The notes below the pieces were generated by a model that was not told where the DNA came from, did no database searches, and was given only the letters and a program-made list of their open reading frames with translations. The position numbers and the translations under genes were made by a program. From the human T2T-CHM13v2.0 reference genome, Homo sapiens, in the NCBI RefSeq assembly GCF_009914755.1, contig NC_060932.1: a DNA stretch of 64,000 nt; one strand, 5' to 3'. Of the stretch, positions 27,291 to 39,206 are shown piece after piece; position 1 is the stretch's first letter, and every line of letters begins with the position of its first letter.

Positions 27291-29339
27291 TGTGACAATA
27301 CCAGAGATGGAGAATAGACGCAAAATGGTCTGGTCCAGGGAAGGAAGTCATGATGAAGAGTAGCTGAAAGGGGTGAGTCCAGTAGGTGTGGATCTTTGAA
27401 GGAAATGGGTGGGCAAAAATGAGAGAGATGGGGGTGAGAAGAGAGAGGAAAGAGAAAGAAAGGAAAAATCTGGAAAGCTGAGCATGTCTTGCAGACTTTA
27501 GCTCAGAGACACACACACAAAATAGTCTCAAAAGAGCCTACCAAAATGGACATGGCCTCACTCTGCCAAGGTCAAATGGAGGCTATCAATTGCTTTCCTG
27601 GAAAGCAGAAAAGGAACATGAAAACAGGCTGTACCTGGAAAAGGTCACTTTATACTTTAAATATGTGCCCTTACCCGTGGAAGCAGTGGTAACACTGAGA
27701 AGTTTCAGCCAGTACTGAGCTGACTGTTTCTGTTCTACGCATTGCATCCTCCACTGGATAAGATACACGTCCTGAAAAGCCCTCTCCCACCGTCTAAACC
27801 AAGCAATGCACCTAAACTGTGGATTGGACCACAGTGGGACATACGAAGAAAAAGGAGTGCAACTGAAAACTCAGAGTGAAAGTAGGGTCAGAACACAGAG
27901 AAGCAACCTTCAGTGAACAATATATATTAAATATATATATATATATATTAGATGCAATGGAACACAGAGCTAAACACACTTCCAGCTAGAATAGGTAACT
28001 GATCTTAAGTGGTTGGCAATTCCTATTTTGGCAATGTCTATTTTAACATTCTTTTTGATGTTTTACTATTTAATTTTCCCATTTTATATCATACTTAATT
28101 TTATATGACACCTTAAGTCCCATGGAAAGTAGTAAAGCTTTAATCTGTTCCCCATCCCCACCCCAACAAACCCATACCCGTGAAAGCGGAAGTGACAAAG
28201 TATGTCAAAGCAAGGGAGCTTCACTATTTCCATTGCAGGGCCCTTGACAGTGATGGATCTGGTGCTATCCTGCAGGCCACAGAGGGCCTGGGGTCAGTGA
28301 TCTCTTCTGCTGACTTCCTAATCGCTCCAGCTTTGAGCAGCTCTAAGCCAGCTAGTAAGCAAACTGGGACTGCCATCCATTAACATTTTTCAGTCTTTTG
28401 CAGTGTACTGTAATTTATCCCTGTCATTTAGACCCAGGCAGTGGTCTTTAGCTTATTTCTGAGATCTTATTACATTTTTTATTCATAGAGAAGTAAGATT
28501 TACATATCGAAGATCAATAACAGCCTCCATCATGCTTACATTATTAATAAGAAAGATGTTGTATGAAGACAGACTGGTGTCTTGGATTTGCTCAGCAGCT
28601 GGGCTCATTTCAGACAGGCCAGACATGCTGCTTGCATTTCACTCTGTTCTCTCCTTCAGGCCATGTGCTATCTTCACCCCTTCTGGGAGTGTGGTCTCTG
28701 GCACTGGCATACCATTTAACACCTAGGTTTGGTACAGCCAGACTCAAAGAGGGGAAGAAGTCTAATTACTGCAAGAAGTCCTGAGAAACAAGAAGTCTCC
28801 ACTTTTTCTGGTGCCTTGGATCCGTGTTGTGGTAAAGGCTGTCTTGGCTCAGCCAGAAACAACATTAACAGGAGTAACAACACTAGTGCAGTGCTTTTCC
28901 ATGGACAAAGTTCTTTTTCATATACATTCAAGGTCAGGATTTCCTTTTCCAAACTTCAGTTTTTATCTAGCACCAACAGCTACAGTTTGATAGCCATGCT
29001 TCTCTCATACCCTGAGTTATATTAGTACATGAAGCACTCCAGTGTTCTGCCCAACCCAAAGCAAAAGTTTATTATCCCTCTTTCTCCAGCACTTGCCAGA
29101 GGAAAGAAATGGAAATCTCAAAGGCTGAGAGCAATCTGTGCTTCGGGGTAAGAAGGACAAGGGTCAGGGGCCATGGCGACTTCTGTGTTCCCTAATTTGT
29201 TGTCAAGCAGCAGGACTGACTCTGTTATTGAGCCATAATACCTGAGTCTACAGCTGAGGTAAATATTTCAGAGTCGTTTACAATTTTCTCATTGGCCTGG
29301 GACCTAGACCAGGACAATGGACAACTTTCTCAGTCCTCC

Positions 29340-30780
29340 TGTTAAATTATTTATGTGGCATTTGACACCACTGACCATATCCTTCTTGATACCAACTTCC
29401 AGCTTCTCAAATCCACTCTCTGTTGGGTCTTCTTTCACTTCTCTGACCAACTTTTCTTTCTTGGTCTTGTTTTCACACATCTTCTCCACTGACTAACAGT
29501 TGGCCTCTCTAATTTTCTATTCTTGGCCTTTTATAAAAATCAATCCAACATGCTCTTCCTATGCAATTTCATTCTTTCCTTGGTTTCCACTACCCCTATA
29601 GGGTACTGACTCCCAAAACATTACTTTAAATAACTCAGACCAGTCTGGAACTCCAGATGGAATGTCACTCTACTTGACATTGCCAATGAGATCCCATAGT
29701 CATTTCAAATCTATTATGTCCAGAACAACTCAGATTTCTCCCTGAAACCTCTACTCTTCCGCCTGTTTCCAAGTGATTGGCAGCACCCAGATACACTCTC
29801 TTCCACAGTCCCCATTTTCAGTCTTTGCCTTCTGATACAGTTTGGCTGTGTCCCCTCCCAAATCTCATCTTGAATTATAGCTCCCACAATTCTCACATGT
29901 CATGGGAGGGACCCAGTGGGAGGTAATTTAATCATGGGAGTGGGTCTTTCCTGTACTGTTCTTGTGATAGTGAATAAGTCTCATGAGATCTGATGGTTTT
30001 ATAAGGGGAAACCCCTTTCGCTTGGTTCTCACTTCTCTCTTGTCTGCCTCCATGTAAGATGTGTCTTTTACCTTCTGCCATGATTGTGAGGTCTCCCCAG
30101 CCACATGAAACTGTGAGTCCATTAAACCTCTTTTTCTTTATAAATTACCCAGTCTTGGGTATGTCTTTATTAGCAGAGTGAAAACAGACTAATACACCTT
30201 CCTTCTAACTGTCATAGTTGCACAGCCCTTGCCCAGGTTAACCCCCAGCTTTGTCTTGTCTGCTCTAAGAGTCTCATACCTTATTTGTCTCCCTGCTTTC
30301 CAACTGACCCTCCCAGAGTGATTGCACCAGAACACCAACATGATCCTGATATTGCCACGGATGGAACCCTTTAGTGGCTTCCTGATACTGTGAAGCAAAA
30401 CTCAAATCCCCCATTTCAGTTTCAGGATTCTCCCCAATTTCTGCAGGTCTCCCCACCCCCACCCCCTCAGCATCATATTTTAAGCTCCCGTCACACCAAC
30501 CAGTTTGCAATTTCCAAACTGCCTTGGTGTTTTGTGCCCTTAAGCCTTTATTTTTACTTATGCTTCTTCCTTGGCTGACCCCATCCTCCAACTGGCCATC
30601 ACTCCTTTCTTGTACCTCCCCCTTTAATCTTTTCCTCATTACATCACTCCCTCCAGGTGCAATAATACATTTCTCCTTTGTAAGCCCAGCATATCCTATG
30701 TAGGCTTCCGCTGTAGTACTTACAACATTTTATTACATGTTTTTGTTTATAGAATCACATCTTAATTTTCTTTGCATCCT
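29340..30780 (+). mobile_element. L2 LINE interrupted by THE1
   Basis: GGCATTTGACACCACTGACCAT, TACTGACTCCCAAA, CATTTCAAATCTATTATGTCC; resumes after 30196 (CCCTTTAGTGGCTTCC). Confidence 0.75.
29833..30196 (+). mobile_element. THE1 (THE1B/C-like) solo LTR with a perfect 5-bp TSD
   Basis: TGATACAGTTTGGCTGTGTCCCC...ACAGACTAATACA; CCTTC on both sides (29828-29832 and 30197-30201). Confidence 0.96.
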
Positions 30781-30789
30781 TAGAAATAA

Positions 30790-31040
30790 CGATGGTAATA
30801 ATAGTAAACATTTATCAAATAGTATGTCCCAGGAGCTGTTTAAACCACTTTACAGGTATTAACTCAATCCTCACAGTAACCCTATGAGGGAGCCTGATTT
30901 TAAAGTTGAGGAAACTGAGGCACTTGGTGATATAGTGTATCACTCAAGGTCACACAATCAGTAAGTGGAAGAGACAGGTTTCGGACCCATTTGCCTTGAC
31001 TCCAAAGCCTATGATTTAAACAACTATATTTAACTACCAA
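30790..31040 (-). mobile_element. MIR SINE
   Basis: AATCCTCACAGTAACCCTATGAGG...GAGGAAACTGAGGCAC...CAAGGTCACACA...TGACTCCAAAGCC. Confidence 0.88.
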
Positions 31041-31169
31041 TGCCAAGCCTATAATAGGCACTTAGTGAGTGCTTACTGGATGAATTGATGGGATTAGTTG
31101 CTTGGGAAAGGGAGAGCTAGATGTAAAAACCTGTAAAGGGGAAGCAAATCTATGGACTAAGCAGGGTGA

Positions 31170-31706
<537 letters not shown>

Positions 31707-31962
31707 TGACCACATGACTAAGCAGGGTAGCAAGCCACAGAAGAGACTACCACCTACCTGTGCACACCCTATTATGTAAGCTCAAATTCTCTCCAGACTG
31801 AGCCCATGAGGGTAAGAGGATTTCCTACGAGACTCTAAACTTTCAAGCCTAGCAGACAACACATGGTAGGTACCCATTAAATGTTTATCAAATGAATCAA
31901 AAGAAAGCCACAGAAACAAATCCAGGACAGAGACCCCGCCACCCTGTTCGTCTCTTTCTTCA

Positions 31963-32189
31963 TCCACAAAACCTGTCACAAGGCTAGTCACATAGATGTC
32001 CAATAAATTACAGTTCCTATATATCATCCTTTTAGTGATTATCTCCCTCTTCCACCATAATCTATAATTAAGTTTCTATTCCTCTTATTGTCCCTTTCTC
32101 TCTAATTATGAACTCAGAGTCCAAAGAAACAGCAATAATCCAGCAGCTTAGTGTTGTGAGAGGCCAACCTTGAGTAAGACTTTCTTGTC
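31963..32189 (+). repeat. Local dispersed duplication A, copy 1 (~230 bp)
   Basis: Aligns end to end with 32872-33101, roughly 90% identical by eye. Confidence 0.95.
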
Positions 32190-32539
32190 CCAGCATAACT
32201 TATCCTAACTTCTGGACCACTCTTTTCTCCTGTGTAGATATTGACAATAACAATAATAGTGGAAACACAACTCCAGGATATCCTAATAACAAAGAAATAG
32301 CAATTCCCATCTTGCATTGCCTATATATTTTTTTCTATATCAACTCTTCTCATATCTAAACTTATTTTTCCAAAAGTTCCTTGCAGTTAGGTACCGAAAT
32401 CTCTGTTGTTTGATCGATCTCCAAGGACTTATTAAGCATAATCTATGTTCTTAGGATTGAGAAAAATTGGATAGAAGAAACTTCAGACATGAGTCCTGCT
32501 CACAATTTCACTTGCAGAGAATATTAATTATTTCAAGAT

Positions 32540-32860
32540 TACAAAGACGAGAAAACAGGCTTTTAAAATTCAGTAACTGGTCTAAGGTCAAACAGCTAGC
32601 TGTAGCAGAATTGGAACTTGAAGGCAGGTTTTACTAACTCTAAATCCTGTCTGTGTTCTTAATGAAGCTACTCCACTGTAGTAACAACAGAATTCCTGTA
32701 AAGAGATTGCAGTTGAAATTAGGGTAGTCAGGAAAGACTTCCTGGAGGAAGTGGGGTCATCAGCTGGACTCTGGAGATCTTTGGGTTTGGGATTGGTAGA
32801 AAGGCAGGAGGAGGGTGTTTCAAAGGGAGGATACCCCGTGAACAAATGCACAGACTTCTT
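32540..32860 (-). mobile_element. MIR fragment followed by an L2 fragment
   Basis: AAGGTCAAACAGCTAG (MIR); GTCAGGAAAGACTTCCTGGAGGAAGTGG (L2). Confidence 0.7.
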
Positions 32861-32871
32861 CTCTTGCCTCC

Positions 32872-33101
32872 TCCACAAAACCTATCACAAGGCTAGTCAT
32901 ATAGATGTTCAATAAATTACGGTTCCTAAATCATCCTTTTAGTGATTATCTCCGTCTCCCACCATAATCTATAAGGAAGTTTCTATTCCTCTTATTGTCC
33001 TTTTCTCTCTTTGCAATTATGAACTCAGAGTCCAGAGCAATGGCAAGAATCCAACAGCTTAGAGGTGGCAAGGGGCCAACCTTGAGTAAGACTTTCTTGT
33101 C
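32872..33101 (+). repeat. Local dispersed duplication A, copy 2
   Basis: Direct repeat of 31963-32189, e.g. shared ATCATCCTTTTAGTGATTATCTCC and GGCCAACCTTGAGTAAGACTTTCTTGTC. Confidence 0.95.
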
Positions 33102-34937
33102 TCGTCACAACTGTGCACAGCGTATAGGGTAAAATGAGAGGAGAGGAGTAAACCGTAAGCAAAGTTGGGACGGATGCAGAAGAGTAACCCAGGGAAGGAG
33201 GGTCATTGCCAGTGATCTTCTTTCCTTCTGTGGCTGAGCTAGTGCAGCTCTCACCACTGTGTTTGCCTAGTCTGGACAGATGAAGCCTGGCACTTCCCCC
33301 ACTTCCCCCCACCCACTTCTCCCCTTCTGAACGCCAACCAATGAGCAGCCCAAACACGTTTCTCAAAGTCTAATTAGCATCAACAATAGTTCAAGCTAAT
33401 CGCCATAATTAATGGAGAAACAAGGCTGTGACTGGAAAAATTATACATGGGAATAAACGAATGCAGTTGAATCTGGAGCAGCCTCTATTCAGGAAAGCTG
33501 GAGGGGGAACAAGTCGACTCACCCTCTATTCCTTTCATTTTTCCTAACGGGCTCCCCACCATCCTGGCCCCCAACAAGCAGCATGAATACAAGAAGGGAC
33601 AGTCTCATCAAATCAGATTCCATCCACAAGGCAGGCAATGACCTCTCCCAGAGAATTACTGTTATTAGACTTAATTATATAATAATAGTTGCACAATGGC
33701 CTGGACCCCCTCCTCTTCTCTGACAACACCCGCACGCCTGCAGTGGCAATATTGTTAGAATGGAACCATGTTTTCTCTCCCCCTAAATTACTTTCCTTTC
33801 TTTATTGTCCTTGATTTCCCCATATTTCTTTTCTCTTACCACCAATCCCTTCTTCAATATCCCTTTCTTCATCTTCCTTTTCTTTTCACCTCCTCATTCT
33901 CTATTTCTTTGGGTTTCTCTCTCCTCCCTCTTCATTTTCCTCTTCATCCTTTGTATTCCTTATGTAAAGACCAGGCAGATATCTGCACCAGTCTTTGGCA
34001 CCAATCTCCTCTCCTAAGTGTTTTCCTGTCCCTGGTCCCCTTTTAGCATTTGTGCTAGAAAAAAAAAAATGTGATATGATGTCCTCCTCTGTAGGACTTT
34101 CTTTCCTTTGGGTACCACTTTAGCAGATCTCTTAATGTTCCTACCCTAACATGACATCTCTAAGTCTTTATGAAATGACTTTCCCTTCCTTCCTTTCCTC
34201 CCTTCCTCCCTTTTTTTCTTCCTCCCTCCCTCTATCCCTTCCACCCTCCCTCCCTTCCATCTTTTCTTTCTTCCTGTTTTAACTTTCAACATTTACTGAA
34301 TCCCTAAGGTATACCACGCACATGTAAATATGAAAATGGAAGCCCATGAAGCTAAACCAAGTCCCGCCAGATCATTAAGATAAGTGGTTCAGACACCCCA
34401 GTGGGCTTTACATATAGAAGTCCTCTCATTTCCTAGGTAGAAATTGTCAACAAGCTAGACTACAATACTTCGATTTTCATTTGAAATCTTTCTAATATTC
34501 CCATTCTCTCCAGCCTCATGTCCACTAACCAAGCCAGTCTCATCCACTTCAGACCTGTATTCTACCAATAGGTTCCTGGAGACCAGGGACCCAAATCCTA
34601 GCACTGACCTGACAGCCAGAATGGCCAGCCAAGTTCTGAGAAATCCAAAGGGTGGGACTTTGTGCTCAATACAAGTGAGATGATTGATAGTTGTTGTTTT
34701 TTTTTTCTGCTCACTCTGAGGAAAACTCCAGAACAGTGTCATTGTTATTATACAAAGCCAAATGGCATACTTTTAAATGCAATCTATTCCAGTTTACCAC
34801 CACAACAGTGACATGGATTATTATCTTTGTAATCTGGCCCCATCTCCAGACTCATACCCAGACATGCCCTGAGAACATGAGAATAATTTTATTACATGTG
34901 TAAGGGTAGCAATTGGTGGGGCAGAAAGGGATCCACT

Positions 34938-35400
34938 GGAAAGAAAGAAAAAAGAAAACAGCCACGGTGACACAGACTCTGTTTCAAAAAGGAAGGAAGG
35001 AAGGAAGGGAGGGCGGAAGGGAAGGAAAAAAGAAAACAGCCAGGGTGACACAGACTGTTTCAAAAAGGAAGGAAGGAAGGAAGGAAGGAAGGGAGGGAGG
35101 GAGGGAGGGAGGGAGGGAGGGAGGGAGGAAATCAAGAAGAGAGAGAGAAAGAGAAAGAGAGAAAGAAAGAGAGTGAGAGAATGAGAAAGAAAGAGAGAGG
35201 GAAGAGAAGAGAAGAGAAAGGAAAGGAAAGGAAAGGAAGAACAAGAGAAAAGGGAAGGGAGAGAGAAAGGAAGAAATCATGAAGAAAGAAAAAGAAAAGA
35301 AAAGAAAAAGAAAAGAGAAAGAGAGAAAGAGAAAGAAAGGAAGGAAGGAAGGAGAGAGGGAGGGAGGGAGAGGGGTATAAGAACAAAGGAAGGAAGGAAT
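34938..35400. repeat. Polypurine low-complexity tract with (GGAA)n, (GGGA)9 and (GAAAA)n
   Basis: Read directly from the sequence; includes a duplicated CAGCCA.GGTGACACAGACT..GTTTCAAAAAGGAAGG unit. Confidence 0.95.
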
Positions 35401-35734
35401 CAATCAATCAAAGGGGTCAAGTTTCACTCTTATATAAAGTTTCACTCTTATGTAACTCTGTAACAAACAATGGTAGAAAAGAAGGAACAGAGAGAAAGAG
35501 GGGTAAAATTTGGCCAATAAGAAGGTTAACCTACAAGACTGTGCTGGCACTTCATTAAGATGAGTAAACGTTTGGAGTTTGGTGCTTGCGTAGCAGAAAG
35601 GATGATTTATTTCCTCTTTCACTTATATATGCAACCCAGGGGTCAGCAAGATTTTTGGAATTCACATTACATACCATTCTAGATATTTCAGCAATAATCT
35701 TCAAACAGCACACCTCTGCTCACATGTATTTGTA

Positions 35735-35980
35735 AGAGGCAGAATAGAATTGTGAAAAAAAGCACAGGATTTAGAATACAAAGACCTGACTTCATGACAT
35801 TACCAGTTAACGCGGCTCATGGATTATTCTGTAAAATGAAGGTTATAGTAAGGAAGATTAAAATAATATGTAAGATTATATTCATATTAATATCTAGATT
35901 TTGCCTGACCTTATGGGTTTGTTATGAGGATTGCATAATAAACTATGGACTAAAATGTTCTGAAAACTCTTAATTACTGT
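35735..35980 (+). mobile_element. MIR SINE
   Basis: GAGGCAG...AAAAGCACAGGATTTAGAATACAAAGACCTG; TCTGTAAAATGAAGG; GGGTTTGTTATGAGGATT. Confidence 0.7.
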
Positions 35981-36305
35981 ACATGTCAGTAATCATATTA
36001 GATCCCCTACAGAGCTCAGCCCTCCAAGCACTGGGCACATATAAAGTGCAGAGTGAGTAAGTGTGGACTGATTGATACCTACTTCTCTCACATAATACAG
36101 AAAAGAATCATTATGGATCAAATATCTTTCTACTCTCATTAAGCTTACATCCCATAGAGAAAGATGAAAAGGTCTGGATCCCGCCCTAAAGTGTGGCTCT
36201 GAGAAAATGAGTGTACAGCATGAGAATTAGGGCTAGGCACACCTCTGCCTGCAGCAACCCCACACTGACCTAACTCATTCAGCTGAAATGTCCCCACTCC
36301 ACATC

Positions 36306-36539
36306 AAGTCTTGTCCTATTTAATCTGCACCTTATTCATATAATGTCAAAATTATTAGCCTGTTTTAAAGGCGAGAAGACTGAGTCTCAGTAAGATTAAC
36401 TTGGCAGTCACAGAACTAATAATTGGCCAGGCCAACATTGTGTCTGCGGATTCTATGTTACCTCCACTGGAGGGCTGAGTTAGGTGGAGAGGGAAAGATG
36501 AAGGAAGGCCTCTAGCTAAGCAGAAAGCTCAGAGTCAGA
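36306..36539 (+). repeat. Local dispersed duplication B, copy 1 (~235 bp)
   Basis: Aligns with 38859-39098; includes a 56-bp exact match beginning TCCTATTTAATCTGCACC. Confidence 0.96.
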
Positions 36540-37319
36540 AGCACAGGAACTCCTGTTTTTGCCCCATGTCTCGGTTTACCTCCAGGTCTCTGAAGGCACA
36601 CGCCGTCCTCTGCAGTGTTTGAAACTCCTGCACATTTTCTGTTATGTGCACTCTACAAAGGAAGGGCGGGCTCCTGTTCTTCTTTGCAGTGACTCTTTGT
36701 CTGGCCTGGGGTGTGCTACAGCAGCACAGGGCCCCGGTCCATAAGTGCGGCATTGAGAGAAATAAAGGTTATCTTGGCAATGAAGTCTGCTAAACAAACT
36801 ATGAAGAGGGGTGGAAACTCCTCCCTTCCTTGAGGCCTGGAGTGACACACTGTCCTTGCGATGTGTGCTGGGAGGAGTGGAGTTCAGATGTGACTGTCTG
36901 TAACTCACACGCACAGGCCACACATTGCCACCTTTCGGAGCCAGAGGGCCGGCAACTCCTTCCTTGGTGCCCTCACTTTAGTCTGTTCTGTCTTCTCATT
37001 TAAGGCTGACCCACCATACTGCTTATACACTTAACACTCCTACTAGGCTGTAGCCCCACAGGTTGGGGGGTGTGACTTTCCATCCCAGAGGCCACTCAAT
37101 CTACTCTTCTGCTTCCAGATGGGGTCAGGCAACCATATGCCTCCAGACTGAAGATTCAGGGGCTGTTGAAAGTTGCCTAAGAGATTCTCTTGTGCCTAAG
37201 GTCCTCCCAGAACTACCTGGCAGCCCTCTTTTTCATGACCCATTCCTCTGCAAAAGGCGTTGCCTCTCCATTTACTTTAGAAGGGAAGACAGTGGAAAAC
37301 AGGAAGACAATAAAAAGTG

Positions 37320-37520
37320 ACTAAGCACCTGTTATATGCTATGCACCTGACTAGCTATTTTATGAAATCTCATCAAAGTCTCACAGCAACTCTCAGGTGG
37401 CTGATGTTATTCCCATTCTACAGATGAGATAACAGAGGGCCACTGTAGTCGCAGGGTTAGTGAGAAGGTGAATCAGGACTGGACCAGCATCAGAGCTCCT
37501 GTTCTTTGTGTCATCCCTAC
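37320..37520 (-). mobile_element. MIR SINE
   Basis: TCTCACAGCAACTCTCAGGTGG...TTATTCCCATTCTACAGATGAG. Confidence 0.75.
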
Positions 37521-37802
37521 TTACTCCCTCACACAGAGGAGGCCTGAGAGTGTGGGGGGGACCGACAGCATGAGCTCCTGCTCCGTGACCTGGAAGTTGG
37601 AGGTCAGGACCCAGGAAGTGCACGGCTCTATCTTTCTGAGGGTCAGAGCTCTCCAAGGGCAAGAACATGGTGCCCAGGTCTCTGCTGACTGAGCACTGGT
37701 GAGTTGTTCCGTCTAGTTGGAAACCACCCAATATCCACCCTGGAATATTCTCCTCTAAAAGCCCCCATTTGGCTCTAATTGTCTCTCAGAATTTAAAATT
37801 GT

Positions 37803-37804
<2 letters not shown>

Positions 37805-37844
<40 letters not shown>
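37805..37844. repeat. Perfect (AT)20 microsatellite
   Basis: Read directly from the sequence. Confidence 0.98.
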
Positions 37845-37846
<2 letters not shown>

Positions 37847-38858
37847 CCCCTCCACTAGAAATAAACTGAGTTCCTGATGGGCATGAAATAGAGAATTGAG
37901 AAATGTTAAGTACTTTAAAATACACTATTTATTATGCCGTGAATTGTATTTTGTTACTGAGATTCTTCTGTCATTATGTGATTTTGGAGAGGGTTGGGTT
38001 CTTTTTACATGTGTTCCCCCCCCCCCACCCCCCGTTCTCCAGGGAGCTTGTAGTACTTAAAATTGTATTGTATAATAGATAGTATAATCCCTGTAAATTA
38101 AATGTGCCTCTGCCGAGTTGTGTTTTATGTTAATTCCATTGTGTGGTGGCAGCTGCTTGGGAAGGAAGCTATGGATTGGCAGGGATGTGGGTTTCTAGCT
38201 TAGCCAAGAACCCACAGCTACAGGTTCTGTGCTACAAGTGGTACATTATCCTGGGAATAAGCTAGTGCTTCAGAAGAAAGCAGAGAGCTTAGGAATGGGA
38301 TAGGTGCCATAATCTGGGCTGGGAAAGACTAACATCGATTCCCAGGACAATGGCCACAGAGATCTTTCCTAAGGGCCACAGACAAAAAGAGTCAGGGAAC
38401 GATCTTGATCTAGTCAAGCCCAGACCCATGTCTTTAAAAGCAAAATGTCCCCCTTCATGTGGGACACTATTGTCACCCACTTCCAGCTATCCTACAGCAG
38501 TTGGCAGCGAACCCTCAAAATCAAAAGAGGCCTGGGAATTTAAGGAACCGTAAGAAATATGTAAAAACAAGGTCTCTGTCTGTTCAACAGCCTTGGAGGC
38601 TGAAGAGCTCTGGAGGGCAACAAGGACAGCAGTGGCCAGGGAGAAACAAGCCCAGGGAACAAAGGAAGGTGCACTGCAAACATACTGGGGAAGGAGGAAT
38701 GGGCCAGACCAGGTCTTAGCCAGCCAGGGACCCCAGGTGTTGCCCAGCATGGTGGATCACAGGATGCTAAAGACACCAGTGCAGAGAGAATATTCTGGAG
38801 GCCAGAAAGCCACCTTTTTAAAAAAACTGAACTTCTATTTCCCAGCCACTGTGCTGGT

Positions 38859-39098
38859 AAGTCTTCTCCTATTTAATCTGCACCTTATTCATATAATGTC
38901 AAAATTATTAGCCTGTTTTAAAAGTGAAGAGACTGAGTCTCAGTAATATTAACTTGGTAAAGTCACAGAATAATTGGTCATGCCAACATTGTGTCTGCAG
39001 ATTCCACGTTACCTCCAATGGAGAGCTGAGTTAGGTGGAGAGGGAAAGATGAAGGCAGGCCTCTAGCTAAGCAGAGAAGCAGAAAGCTGAGAGTCAGA
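38859..39098 (+). repeat. Local dispersed duplication B, copy 2 (partly an antisense MIR relic)
   Basis: Direct repeat of 36306-36539; preceded by MIR-like CCAGCCACTGTGCTGGTAAG. Confidence 0.96.
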
Positions 39099-39206
39099 GA
39101 TTTGTGAGTGCAGAAACAGCGTGATGAAGTACGCATACTAGAGAGACATGTATGATACATCAAAGTAGAAAATGGTAGCAAAAGTAGCAGAATTCTATGT
39201 AGAATG

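Noticed and set aside
34821-35407. ORFs of 87-139 aa rich in S/L/F/P or R/E/K
   Set aside because: Stop-free only because they lie in purine/pyrimidine low-complexity tracts. The same applies to 57506-57984.
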